From positions 1 to 64,000 of the forward strand of contig NW_027437453.1 of assembly GCF_964204645.1 (NCBI RefSeq): a stretch of DNA of 64,000 nucleotides, written 5' to 3'. This document shows, in pieces, positions 27,501 to 37,517 of the stretch (positions are counted from its first letter, which is position 1; each line of letters opens with the position of its first letter). This DNA comes from Tubulanus polymorphus. Taxonomy: Eukaryota > Animalia > Nemertea. A program made the translations under genes and the position numbers. The notes beneath the pieces were generated by a model, which saw only the letters and a program-made list of their open reading frames with translations, did not search any database and was not told the DNA's origin.

Positions 27501-28471
27501 TGAGACAAGGAATGATATTTAAAAAAGTACATAGATATATTTCATTTAATCAATCTAAATGGTTAGAAAAATATATAGATTTTAATACTACACAGAGAAC
27601 TAAATCTAAAACTGATTTTGAGAAGGATTTTTTTAAATTGATGAATAATGCATTTTATGGAAAAACATGTGAAAATATTAGAAATAGAAGTGATATTGAG
27701 TTAGTTAGTAATGGTAAAAGGATAAAGCATTTACAATCGTATCCGAAATTCATAAGCAACAGAATATTTGATGAAAATTTAGCTGCAGTTAAAATAAGGA
27801 GAACTTCTATGAAGTTCAATAAACCAATCTATGTTGGTGCTACAGTTTTAGAATTATCAAAGTTATTAATGTATAAATTTTACTATAACATATTACAACC
27901 CCATTTTGGAGAAAAAAATATAGAAATATTATATTTTGATACAGATTCTTACATATTAAAGATAAAAAGTGATAATATAAGAGATGATTTAAAAATATTA
28001 AAACATCATTTTGATTTTAGCAATTATCCTGAAGATCATGAACTATTTAGCAATGATAATAAAAAGATTCCTGGTAAGTTTAAGGATGAATTAGGTGGTG
28101 AAGAAATGATAGAGTTCATAGGTATTAGATCTAAAATGTATTCATATAAAACTAAAGAACATGAAGCTAAAAAGTTAAAAGGAATAACCAAAAGCGTTGT
28201 TGAAAAGAATATTCATTTTAAAGATTACATCAATTGTATATTTAATGAAGAAGTTAGAAAACATAAAATGAAATGTTTAAGATCTGAAGATCATGAAATG
28301 TATATTGAAGAGATAGAGAAGATAAGTCTAAACCAATTTGATGATAAAAGATATATTTTAGATGATGGAATCCACACAGTCGCCTATGGTTGCAATTTAG
28401 ATGAATATATAAAATTAAAAAGAGAAGAAACAAAAGAAAATGAGATTATGAAAAGGATTCTAACATGTTAA
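24437..28471 (+). CDS. pPolB: Protein-primed family B DNA polymerase with N-terminal C2H2 fingers and an inserted endonuclease VII-like His-Me finger
   Basis: YGDFES, FHNLSGYD, YLKSDV, YIDANNLYG, KLMNNAFYGK, YFDTDS; CYYC..RDHDH..RG..H..CN. Confidence 0.97.
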   Translation: MEANKYYCPTCKINIDKSQKARHNKTITHLENKLKLEYKDDILETKLEELKNEKETYKCDTCNQSFSDKRYYKEHLKSISHIRNKNNDILGEDYFDNDNDKKQKTIKRIKNKLNNKRPYMEDVRKYINSLDNKKDIEITEAFKSDIGPAAIEFKFHKGKTLEENKKHLENMKEIIKIITDVEYPKISISVKVKFIKSEDKPIYNINSHSQHIISKQHIDDKLNKCYNEIKTKIEEKYFEGSGLIFDEIIFITLHVYNTKYNKLTKSKPIDENNLSYYKDDSINGTSYIKLPFKTNGVINIQNFDNKCFIWAIISCLHPVEDYKQHSFRLTHYKQFENNYKIDKYPVRIKNIPKIERDNNLKINVFDLIKLPNTKGNNIKHYTLEPLYLSKDYDSNNVIDILYYENHYMWIKQIDLFFRTESDHHNKIYLCRKCLHKLSNESILLNHKQLCDNHDYCKLVLPNEKDKILEFKKYDYKNKVPFVIYGDFESLNKELTDKDRKEIYYKRKKLNSNENDFSDEPPKTNTIKKIHQSAAAFGLYIKSDYPELIESEYYNYRNENVINHFCDLLIEYEIRFSKLLNTNIEIIMTEEDKEEFAFADKCYYCEKLFNYKDKKVRDHDHLNGKFRGAAHENCNLQAKKINFVPVIFHNLSGYDAHLFIKQLCYKIEEINNEIEILNSNRSKDKIPTYKFKMLAKTSENYISFQFGCLRFIDSYRFLNSSLDNLSKSLIDDELKILKEYYPNYDDFKLMRYKGAIPYSFYKNHNDFEITELLKEQFYDELKNEYVKDEVYNRTLNIWNHFKIENHGQLVDLYLKSDVLLLTDIFERFRDVNLKYFNIDPCHCYSSPGLTWDCGLKFTDIKMDLLTNIDQLLLFEKSIRGGVSGVLGDRYFNVNDNPGYKLLYIDANNLYGWAMMEPQPYGMFEITEVLQIDKFDWKKRILDIADDSDTGYFFVVDLEYPENIKFKSRNLAYCPEHKTVKHEELSNYQKRIKPDNHIHTEKLMVTQEDKYNYVVHYRMLKFYLRQGMIFKKVHRYISFNQSKWLEKYIDFNTTQRTKSKTDFEKDFFKLMNNAFYGKTCENIRNRSDIELVSNGKRIKHLQSYPKFISNRIFDENLAAVKIRRTSMKFNKPIYVGATVLELSKLLMYKFYYNILQPHFGEKNIEILYFDTDSYILKIKSDNIRDDLKILKHHFDFSNYPEDHELFSNDNKKIPGKFKDELGGEEMIEFIGIRSKMYSYKTKEHEAKKLKGITKSVVEKNIHFKDYINCIFNEEVRKHKMKCLRSEDHEMYIEEIEKISLNQFDDKRYILDDGIHTVAYGCNLDEYIKLKREETKENEIMKRILTC

Positions 28472-28499
28472 TCAATTTCAATAAAAATTTGTATAATAA

Positions 28500-28841
28500 A
28501 TGGAGAGTAAACAAGTACATAGTGAATTCTTAGATAGAATTAAAGATACTTCAAACGTCAAATCTGTAGATTATAAATTTAAAAAACTAACTGAGTTAAC
28601 AATTCACATGAAATATTTAATTACTAACATTGAAACAATTACTAATAAATATGGAGATAAATTAGTAATTCATTTAGAATATGAAGGATTAAAAGGAAAT
28701 ACACATAAATTCAGAACTTATTTACCAGATAGATTTCATAGATTATCAAGTGAAGATCTAGAAGAATTATGTTCTGGGTATTTCTATTTCATATACAAAG
28801 GTAAGAATGAAAAAGGGCACCATGAAATAGATTTCGAATAA
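28500..28841 (+). CDS. Hypothetical Polinton protein (113 aa; possibly beta-rich/OB-like)
   Basis: Intact ORF with TAAATG start, tightly packed after pPolB. Confidence 0.75.
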   Translation: MESKQVHSEFLDRIKDTSNVKSVDYKFKKLTELTIHMKYLITNIETITNKYGDKLVIHLEYEGLKGNTHKFRTYLPDRFHRLSSEDLEELCSGYFYFIYKGKNEKGHHEIDFE

Positions 28842-28858
28842 GAAAATATGTAAAATAA

Positions 28859-29617
28859 ATGGCGGAATTAAAAGAATACAGAATATTTGTTGATTCTAGA
28901 AGGCTTACAAATTATAAATCTCATAATTTACTAGTACAATTAGATAGAGAATTCAAGAATTGTGTTGATTTAAAATTGATAAATATAAGTCTATGTAATT
29001 CTTTTTATAATATATCGAATAAAACTATTGAACATAGAGCCTTTTTAATTTTTAATAAGAATAAAAATGAATGGGCTTATATATATTTAAAACCGGGGTT
29101 ATATAATTTAGATACATTAGCACAAGAAATTAATAGAAAAGCCTGGCACAAGTCAGGTAATAATTCCGGGTTTAATATTAGATTTTTAAAAAGTGAGAGT
29201 ACTGACAAAATAAAGATAAGGTTGTCTGATAGTGAAAAACATGCGTTTATGGTAAAAAAACCTATAGCTAAACTGTTAAGAATTCCTCCAGATAAATCTT
29301 TTACAAATGTTGATGCTACACCAAACTTGATACCTTACACACACTTTTATATTTATTACAATTTAATCGATCCTACAAAAACATTCGAAGCAACTAAAGA
29401 TATAACTTGTAATTCTGGTTTACTAAACATTTTACCATTGAAGAATGTTAAAGAATTTGGAACACAAATAAATTATAATTTAACAGAATGTGATTTCAAA
29501 CCATGCATTCCTCGTTTTAATAATTTTAGATTAGAAATTAGAAATCATAATGGATACTTAATTGATTTAAATAATTTCCCTGTAATTTATGAATTAGTTA
29601 TAAGATGTAAAGAGTAA
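28859..29617 (+). CDS. Minor capsid protein (penton, single jelly roll)
   Basis: IFVDSR, NSFYNI, PGLYNLDTL and C-terminal IRNHNGYLIDLNN.PV.YEL, typical of Polinton/virophage pentons. Confidence 0.75.
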   Translation: MAELKEYRIFVDSRRLTNYKSHNLLVQLDREFKNCVDLKLINISLCNSFYNISNKTIEHRAFLIFNKNKNEWAYIYLKPGLYNLDTLAQEINRKAWHKSGNNSGFNIRFLKSESTDKIKIRLSDSEKHAFMVKKPIAKLLRIPPDKSFTNVDATPNLIPYTHFYIYYNLIDPTKTFEATKDITCNSGLLNILPLKNVKEFGTQINYNLTECDFKPCIPRFNNFRLEIRNHNGYLIDLNNFPVIYELVIRCKE

Positions 29618-29633
29618 TTTTTTCATTATATAA

Positions 29634-29975
29634 ATGAATATAACTGTTGGACCGAGTATATGTTTTGGGTTTGATTTTAAACATGGTAAAGAAATGAGAA
29701 TTAAACTAAATGATGTAATTACTGATATAAAAAGTAAATCATTTAACAATGCATCAATGATTGATAAAGAAAAGTATAATATAGAAAAAGTAATTGATTT
29801 AATTAAATCACCTTTAGAATATTATGAATTAAATGAAGATGGAATTATTGATGATATTAAAAACATATTATCCAAAATATATGATAATCATAAAACTAGT
29901 AATGAAATAAATGTTGAAATAATCATCACTAAGTTAACTAAATATTTTGAAGATAGTAATTTTTTTGATAAATAA
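29634..29975 (+). CDS. Hypothetical Polinton protein (113 aa)
   Basis: Intact ORF preceded by T6-N7-TAAATG. Confidence 0.7.
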   Translation: MNITVGPSICFGFDFKHGKEMRIKLNDVITDIKSKSFNNASMIDKEKYNIEKVIDLIKSPLEYYELNEDGIIDDIKNILSKIYDNHKTSNEINVEIIITKLTKYFEDSNFFDK

Positions 29976-30197
29976 ATGAGTGATAATAAGTGGATAATAA
30001 CTGGATTATATAATGGCGCATTACTATCAGTTGGAACTGTTGGTTATTCAATGGTATTAAAAAAAGTATTCAAAATGGGAAGTGTTAATGTTGATAGATT
30101 TGATATAAATGATATTTTGAAATTAACGTTAGCAGTTACTTTATCTAATTTAACTATTGATTATTTGGAAAAACAAAAATATATTCCTCCCATATAA
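29976..30197 (+). CDS. Small hydrophobic/membrane protein (73 aa)
   Basis: Two hydrophobic segments; TAAATG start. Confidence 0.75.
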   Translation: MSDNKWIITGLYNGALLSVGTVGYSMVLKKVFKMGSVNVDRFDINDILKLTLAVTLSNLTIDYLEKQKYIPPI

Positions 30198-30221
30198 ATG
30201 TATAATTTTTTTACTAAATAA

Positions 30222-30644
30222 ATGGCTTCTGCAATTATAACTATTATAGGATCGGCAATTGTTAACGCTTTAGCATTTACTGGTGGTGGTTATTTATTTA
30301 AACATATTGATAAAAATAGTTCATTAGGAGAACAAAGAAGACATAATTTAGCGTTAGAGAAATACAATAAAGCTGCAGAAGAATATAGAGAAAAGAGACA
30401 AAACTATATGGATTACATCAATAAAGAATTATATGATCAGAAGATTTCAAACAGAGATTTTCAATCAGTTGATGATGCAATGAGTTTATATAACACAGTA
30501 ACAAATAAAGAAAAATTACATCTATACAAACCTAAATTATCAGATTATTATACCCCAAGTAAAGAACAACAGAAATATGAAATAATATGGATTTTAGGTG
30601 GAACAGTTATTGTTATATTTGTTGCTTATAAGTTTACTAATTAG
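30222..30644 (+). CDS. Membrane protein (140 aa) with a hydrophobic Gly/Ala-rich N-terminus, coiled coil and C-terminal TM
   Basis: MASAIITIIGSAIVNALAFTGGG; IIWILGGTVIVIFVAY. Confidence 0.8.
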   Translation: MASAIITIIGSAIVNALAFTGGGYLFKHIDKNSSLGEQRRHNLALEKYNKAAEEYREKRQNYMDYINKELYDQKISNRDFQSVDDAMSLYNTVTNKEKLHLYKPKLSDYYTPSKEQQKYEIIWILGGTVIVIFVAYKFTN

Positions 30645-30663
30645 TAATTTTTATTCTAAATAA

Positions 30664-31098
30664 ATGGAAGATAAAGTTGATAATATTGATATTATTCCTC
30701 ATGATATAAATAAAACTAAATTAAAAACATATTTAGAAAAACAAATATTAGAATTTGAAAGTGACTTAAAGATAAAAAAGAAAAAATATTTAAAAAGTAA
30801 AATTATATATTATTTGATTATAAGTGGTTCGGTTACAATTAGTTCTGTAATAACATTTCTAGCAATATTCAGCCCATTAACACCTTTAGCTATATCAATT
30901 GGTGTATTAGGATTAAGTTCAAGTGTTTTAACTGGTATAAGTTCAAAATTAAATATAAAAAGTAATAAAGAAAAAATTAAAACTAATATAAATGAAATTA
31001 ATAAATTAAAGAACACACTAGATTATATAATAAGTTTAAATGGTCATATAACAGTTGAAGAACAAGATAAATTATTAAAAGAATTAATAAATTATTAA
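30664..31098 (+). CDS. Two-TM membrane protein (144 aa) with flanking coiled coils
   Basis: IIYYLIISGSVTISSVITFLAIF and LAISIGVLGLSSSVLTGI. Confidence 0.8.
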   Translation: MEDKVDNIDIIPHDINKTKLKTYLEKQILEFESDLKIKKKKYLKSKIIYYLIISGSVTISSVITFLAIFSPLTPLAISIGVLGLSSSVLTGISSKLNIKSNKEKIKTNINEINKLKNTLDYIISLNGHITVEEQDKLLKELINY

Positions 31099-31114
31099 TT
31101 TTTTAATTATATAA

Positions 31115-32416
31115 ATGGGGTTTCCAAAAGCTTTCCAATATAATAAATCAATTAAATATAATATTCCGGCAATAGATTTTAAGAAAAATATTACATATAA
31201 AAATGTAGTTTTAGATTCATTAACTAATTTAGAAATTTATGTTAATGAATCACAGTTTTTTATTTCTAAAATGGAAAATATATTTAATACATATGAAGTT
31301 ACTTTTACTCGAGATGAATATCATATATATAAAGTAAAATCTAATATGAAATATTGGCAGAATCAATTAAATTTTGCTGTTTATTGTGCAACAACAGGAT
31401 GTGGAATTAGTTGGAATGATCATTTAAATAACTTAGATAAAAATTTGAAGTATTCTGATTTAAAATTAATTCACACAATATTTAGATTTCACACATATTT
31501 TCAAATCAGAATAATATTAAATGAATTAGAATGTCCTTTACCCGGGTCTAAATATTTTAAAGAATTGGATAATAATATTAATATATCCAAGTTTTATAAA
31601 ATATGTAATGAATTTAATATAAATATTAATTCCGATTTTAGAGCGCATGGTAAATTGCAAGGTGTTGGTGAAGAGTATGAAATAAAAAGAATTGATTATA
31701 TGCATAGAATTTCAGCTTATCATAATTATAAAATTGATAATAATAATGGTTGGGTTAATTTCATTTTAGAAAATGGTGAAGGTTTTACAAAATCAGGTAT
31801 ATAAAGAATAAATCAATCTATTAGAATTTATTTGATATGTATTTTAGGCGCTCAAGTTGAAACAAGATCCCCAATAATTGGAAATGATAACACTTCATTC
31901 GATGCGCAGAAACAATTTAAAGTTTTATTTGAAGATTCAATTCATAATGATAAAAATAGATCGATTCCAGAAAACATTATAAGATATCAAAATTATTTAG
32001 ATAAATCTCATGTAAGACTAAATTATTGTATAGGCCCTAATCTATTAATTATTTCTAATGATTTAGTATTAAAGATGGGAAATATAATTGGTTATAATAA
32101 TCTAATTAAAACTGCAACAATAAATAATTCATTTGGATTAAATGATATAAATAAAAAGATTATTACTGCTCCAAAATTAATGGAAGGTGAAAAAAATAAA
32201 AAACATATTCAATCAACTGAAACTAAAACTAATAATATTAAATTGGTTAATGATTCCAAAATAAAAGATTACAATACATCAGAAAATAATAGAACTGATA
32301 AAATTCAACATGATATAATTAAACTAAATGATGATAATAAATCCCATGAAAATACTAAATTAGCTATAACTTGTATAGGAATTGTAATCGGAGGAATATT
32401 ATATTTTAAATTTTAA
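31115..32416 (+). pseudogene. Polinton protein with C-terminal TM, broken by one in-frame stop (31802-31804)
   Basis: ORFs 31115..31804 and 31832..32416 share a frame (GFTKSGI*RINQSIR); YWQNQLNFAVYCATTGCGIS motif; terminal LAITCIGIVIGGILYF. Confidence 0.8.
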
Positions 32417-32432
32417 TTTTTTTATTATGTAA

Positions 32433-34139
32433 ATGGATGTAGAAGGTGGAGAAGATTATGAAATGGGAGAAATGGGAAATAATAAGGAAGGATATATTGA
32501 TGATGATTATAATGATACAGAAACTAATATTGATAATAATGATGAATCAGCATATAATACTAATTTAGGTGAAGATAATGATTATGATGATGATGATGGA
32601 ATTAATACCGAAGTACGTGAAAAATTAAATAAATATTTAGAAGCTCCTGAAAGGGGTAGAATTTCAACTAGAAGAGAAAGAAAAGAATTTATGGAACAAT
32701 TAGTAAAACAACAAGAAAAATATCCTGATGAACATTTGGAATTATTTAAAATGAAATCTAGAGTAACAGATACAATTGTTAACGAATTATTACCATCAGT
32801 TGTAATAGATGAAATTGATACTGAAGATGTTGTAGAACAAATTTTTAAAGATGACCCATATTTCACAAATAATTTAGAATTTAAAAATGATGCATGGTAT
32901 TATAATCTTGATTTAAATAGGAATATTGTAACAATTCAATTATCTAAAATAGGTCAAGAAAATATTTTTGAACCTGAAATGCGAGCAACATCTACAATTG
33001 AAAATTCAAAAGGTGGTAGAGAATTTCTCAAAATTATATGGAATGCACTCGATAGAATAAATGAAGAAGAACCAATTCCTAAAATTAATATAAACAAATA
33101 TTCACCATTTAAAAATCCAAATCCTACTGATTTTGATCCAGAAATGGAAGAGAATAGAAATCGATTAGATAGATTAAGATCTTCAACACCCGAAACATCG
33201 AGAAGAGACACTCAACAAATTGATAATGATTCAAGTAAATTACAATTAGAAAAACAAATTGATAGATTAAGAGATTCAGAAGAACTGATGAATAGTATAT
33301 CAGATACATCTGGTTCTGAAACTGGAATAAATCGACTGCAATATTTACTAGAAAAAGGATTTCTTAATTTAACTGATGAAGAATTAGAAGCATTTCCTGA
33401 ACAAATACGTAGAGAAATTAAAGGTATACAAGTATCAGCTGATGAAATTGCTAATATTAAGATGAGATTTTCTAAAATAACCATGTTAGAAAAAGAATTA
33501 GTTAATGTAGATGAAGAATTAAAACAATTAGAATTAAATAGAAATCATCAAGTAGTTTATGAAGCTGATTTTGAAAGCAGAAAGTTAGCTTTAGTAAAAG
33601 AAATAGATGATTTAGAATATAACATAAAATTACAAAAAGAAGAAAGAGATATATTATTAAAATCATATGATCTTAATCATATTAAAAAATTAAAAGTTAT
33701 TTTTAAAGATTTGTTGATTAAACCAGATTCTGAAATATCATTAAAAGATAGAATAAAATTATTATTTAAATTAGAAGGAATAACAATTCTTTCAATTCTA
33801 ACATCTGTAACTATGGTATTTACAACAATAGGTTTAGCTATATCAAATGCTTTGAAATCTACTCCTACTCCCACTCCAAATAAACCGGATAAACCTCCAG
33901 GCAATAATTCTATACAAGATAAAGTTAAAGATGGTTTAAAGAAATTAGCAAAATATTTATGGGAACTATCTAAAAAATCTGCTGCAGCTTTACCAGGAGT
34001 TATTGCTTCAATTGTTGGTTTTATATTGAAATCTGCAGGTAATATTCTTAACTTTGCTGCTGAACATATTATTTTATTTTTAATTACAGTTGTTAGTGCT
34101 ATTATTTTTGGTTTAGTAAACATGATTAAAAATAAATAA
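32433..34139 (+). CDS. 568-aa protein with acidic N-terminus, long coiled coil and C-terminal membrane helices
   Basis: Heptad-rich region, TM segment, PTPTPNKPDKPP linker, amphipathic helix, terminal TM. Confidence 0.85.
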   Translation: MDVEGGEDYEMGEMGNNKEGYIDDDYNDTETNIDNNDESAYNTNLGEDNDYDDDDGINTEVREKLNKYLEAPERGRISTRRERKEFMEQLVKQQEKYPDEHLELFKMKSRVTDTIVNELLPSVVIDEIDTEDVVEQIFKDDPYFTNNLEFKNDAWYYNLDLNRNIVTIQLSKIGQENIFEPEMRATSTIENSKGGREFLKIIWNALDRINEEEPIPKININKYSPFKNPNPTDFDPEMEENRNRLDRLRSSTPETSRRDTQQIDNDSSKLQLEKQIDRLRDSEELMNSISDTSGSETGINRLQYLLEKGFLNLTDEELEAFPEQIRREIKGIQVSADEIANIKMRFSKITMLEKELVNVDEELKQLELNRNHQVVYEADFESRKLALVKEIDDLEYNIKLQKEERDILLKSYDLNHIKKLKVIFKDLLIKPDSEISLKDRIKLLFKLEGITILSILTSVTMVFTTIGLAISNALKSTPTPTPNKPDKPPGNNSIQDKVKDGLKKLAKYLWELSKKSAAALPGVIASIVGFILKSAGNILNFAAEHIILFLITVVSAIIFGLVNMIKNK

Positions 34140-34159
34140 TTAATTTTTTTGTTAAATAA

Positions 34160-35407
34160 ATGAGTGGGAGTTATATCAATCCTTCTAAGAATCATAGAAT
34201 ATCTAATGCTATTAAAGCAGAAAGATCACATCATATAATTACTCATAACCCTTCAAATATTAATCCCGATGAAACTTTATATGTTAGAATTCCTAGATTA
34301 ACACAAAATACTTTTTATGTTCCAAACAGTATTTATTTATCAGCTGATATAAAAGTAATCGGTAATAATAATAATTATGTCGTTGATAATGTTGGAAGAT
34401 ATTTGATTAAAAAGTTAACAATAAAGATTGGTCCAGAAACAGTTTTCTCATTAGATGATTATAATTTATTTATGCACTATTAAGATTTATGGTTAACTAA
34501 AGAAAATAGAAATAATATGATATTTCAAGGCATCCAATCAGAAAACCAAAATAAATTAAGATCAGAAGCTAATAGCGCAATATTAACAAATGATGTAGAT
34601 AAATTGATAAAAAGTATATATGGAAACAAATATAAAATTCCATTAGACTTTGAATTGATAAATAATAATGCACCTTTATATAAATACGCAATTCAAGAAG
34701 ATATTATATTTGAGATAACATTTGCTCCCGTAAATGAAATTGTAATATCTAGCGTTAATAAAGATATGAGTTATAAATTATCGAATATATGTTTAGAATA
34801 TGATACAGTAACTGATGAAAATATTTCAAGTATAATTCAAACTAAATACAATCAAGGATTTTCATTATTATATGATTATATTGATAAATTTAAAACCGTA
34901 ACTATTAATGCAAATGATGAAATAATTAATGAGAATATTAACTTCCCAAGAAGATCTATTAACGGTATATTAATATTTTTTACTATTGGAACGTATACTA
35001 ATGGCGCAATAAATGTTGACAATTATTATAATCCTGAAATAACAAAAGTAGAAATAACTATCGAAGGAATAGCAAATAAAATATTTTGTCAAGGAATGAG
35101 AATGATAGATCAATGGGTAGAAATTAAAAAACATTTTATGAATGAAAAAGTAAAATCATTTGAAAATTGTAACATTAATCAAATTGATTATTATACCGGT
35201 AATAAATATGCATTATGGTTAGATTTTAGAACAACTGAAGATAATTCATTACATGGTTCTGGGAAAAAACTACAAAATACAAAAGATGGAATACAATTAT
35301 TCATGACAAAGAAAAAGGGAATTAAAAATTTTAAAATGCACATTTATATTATATCTGACGCGCAATTAAATATTGTAAATTCACAATTAGATAGTGTTAT
35401 GTATTAG
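34160..35407 (+). pseudogene. Major capsid protein (double jelly roll) with a premature stop at 34481-34483
   Basis: ORFs 34160..34483 and 34517..35407 are in frame (HY*DLWLTK); beta-rich pattern, IKKLTIKIG, ALWLDF; ~415 aa. Confidence 0.8.
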
Positions 35408-35439
35408 AATTTTAACTTTAATAAAAATATATATAATAA

Positions 35440-36507
35440 ATGGAAGGAGGTAAAGTATATGAAAGAATCAAAGCTGATAAAGAAATCAATGATGATTTGT
35501 ATTATGTAATACCTTATAAAAGAATAAATGAATATATTGGAACATTTTTATTAAATGAATTAAATCAATACAAAGAATATTTAATTGAACGTAATAATAA
35601 TATTGATATAAAAATAGAAGATAATATTGAAACAAAAATAGAAGATAATATTGAAACAAAAATAGATAATAATATTGAAACAAAAATAGAAGATAATGTT
35701 ATACCTTCTACATCGAATGATGATAAGATTGAAACAAAAATAGAACATAATATTGAACCTAAAATAGAAAAATCAAATGTTCAACCAAAAGATAACATTA
35801 GATGTATGTATTGTGAAGAAGATTTTGATAATTACAATGATTATTTATTACACATCAAAAAAGATGAACATATTTTACAATTAGTAAAAACATATGCCAA
35901 TATATATAAAGATAAATGTAAAGAGGATCAGAATTATTGTGCCTTCTGTAATGAATGTATAACAAAGGCTAATTGGGCAAAACATTATAAATTAAAAACA
36001 AAAGGTGGAAATGATTCAGCCCATGCAATACAAGTATTTAAATCTTGGTGTGAAAAATGTAAAGAATATGTAATATATGATAAACAATTGAATCATAAAT
36101 ACTCAATTAAACATATTGGTACAGATAACGTAATAGAAAATCCAACAGTTATAAATCCAAAATTTAATAATATGAATATATTAGATTATCGGTGGTATAG
36201 AAAAACATTTATAGATTATTTCTTGAGTAATGATATAGTTACCATATTGAAAAAGTTAGATAACTTTAAACCAAATGTAACTTATGCAATGAACTTATTT
36301 GAACTTAAATATGATGATTTTAGAGAATTTTTAAATAAAAATCCATCTAAAACTGAAATCGAAAATTATATTCCAAAAATATTTTCAAGAAAAACATTCA
36401 ATAAATATAAACTTGGGAATTATTCAGGACCTATATCAAAGATAATGCAAAGGGATATATATTTAGAATACAATAAGCTTAAAGAAAAATATGAAAATGA
36501 AAATTAA
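35440..36507 (+). CDS. Zinc-finger protein (355 aa) with an internal (IEDNIETK)n repeat
   Basis: CMYC..H..H, CAFC..H, CEKC..H..H. Confidence 0.8.
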   Translation: MEGGKVYERIKADKEINDDLYYVIPYKRINEYIGTFLLNELNQYKEYLIERNNNIDIKIEDNIETKIEDNIETKIDNNIETKIEDNVIPSTSNDDKIETKIEHNIEPKIEKSNVQPKDNIRCMYCEEDFDNYNDYLLHIKKDEHILQLVKTYANIYKDKCKEDQNYCAFCNECITKANWAKHYKLKTKGGNDSAHAIQVFKSWCEKCKEYVIYDKQLNHKYSIKHIGTDNVIENPTVINPKFNNMNILDYRWYRKTFIDYFLSNDIVTILKKLDNFKPNVTYAMNLFELKYDDFREFLNKNPSKTEIENYIPKIFSRKTFNKYKLGNYSGPISKIMQRDIYLEYNKLKEKYENEN

Positions 36508-36511
36508 AAAG

Positions 36512-36889
36512 ATTATAGAATTCACTGTATATTGATGGATGAATGGATGAGTTGGAAGAGTTGGATGAATTGGATGAGTGGAAGAGTGGATGAGTATAAT
36601 AATATATATATTTTACTTTTTAACACATAAATTGGAAGAATAGTATGAGTATAAATATAATATTTTTATTCTTTATTAAATTTAACACAATATATATATA
36701 TTATTAAAATAATATTTAAATATAGTATAAAATTGATAAAATAACTTCAAATCAAACTCTTACTGTTTTAAAAATAAAAAACATATGTAAATTATATATT
36801 ATTACACTCATCCATTCATCCACTCTTCCAATTCATCCAATTCATCCAATTCATCCACTCATCCATCAATATACAGTGAATTCTATAAT
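36512..36889. repeat. Inverted repeat (~90-bp arms built of GGATGA(A/G)T microrepeats) between convergent gene blocks
   Basis: ATTATAGAATTCACTGTATATTGATGGATGA...TCATCCATCAATATACAGTGAATTCTATAAT. Confidence 0.9.
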
Positions 36890-36905
36890 ATTTTGAATTA
36901 GGATT

Positions 36906-37517
36906 TTATTTTATAAATTTATATTCATAGGGAAATTGTAATCTCATTAATAATTTTGAACCTTTATTATTTTTTAATTTATTCATATATTCATCATGTA
37001 ATTCAGTAGGTATAATTTGATTTTCTTCCAATGATTGTTGCATAGATTTTCTATCTTTGTTGTAGAATAAAACTAGAAATCTTATATTCTCTCTAAAATC
37101 TTTCACAATTGAATTATATTTTTGATTTAAAACCCATGTTGTTATCCCAAAATGTCTACCAGAGAAAGCTAAATAACATAACTCACTTTCTCTAATTTTA
37201 GAATCATGTAAATTTGCGCAATCATCGATAATAAATAATGTATTTGATCCTTTATAAATATCTAATGCAATTTTTATACAATTATCTAAATTTTCTTTTA
37301 CTGTTTTAGGGTCTAATATAATAAACTTTTTTATCTTAACTATATCTCTATTATATGTTTTATTCATTTCATATGTAGGACAGAATAATATTATATTATC
37401 AAAATGATTTTTATAAATAGTTTCTAACAAGTCTAATATGAAATGTGTTTTACCACAATTTGTAACTCCAATAACTAACATATTATGTGGTTCAAATATA
37501 AATAAATCTTTATTCAT
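36906..37517 (-). CDS. A32-like (FtsK/HerA) DNA packaging ATPase
   Basis: Walker A GVTNCGKT, Walker B FIIDD, GRH motif, Q sensor. Confidence 0.92.
   Translation of the reverse strand: MNKDLFIFEPHNMLVIGVTNCGKTHFILDLLETIYKNHFDNIILFCPTYEMNKTYNRDIVKIKKFIILDPKTVKENLDNCIKIALDIYKGSNTLFIIDDCANLHDSKIRESELCYLAFSGRHFGITTWVLNQKYNSIVKDFRENIRFLVLFYNKDRKSMQQSLEENQIIPTELHDEYMNKLKNNKGSKLLMRLQFPYEYKFIK

Noticed and set aside
32582-34195. Antisense ORFs over the 568-aa gene, and similar shadows over the BEL and CACTA genes
   Set aside because: Shadow frames without motifs or TAAATG starts
31802-34483. Programmed readthrough or an alternative genetic code in the Polinton
   Set aside because: TAA is the normal terminator of neighbouring genes; single substitutions explain both stops, and a frameshift is also present
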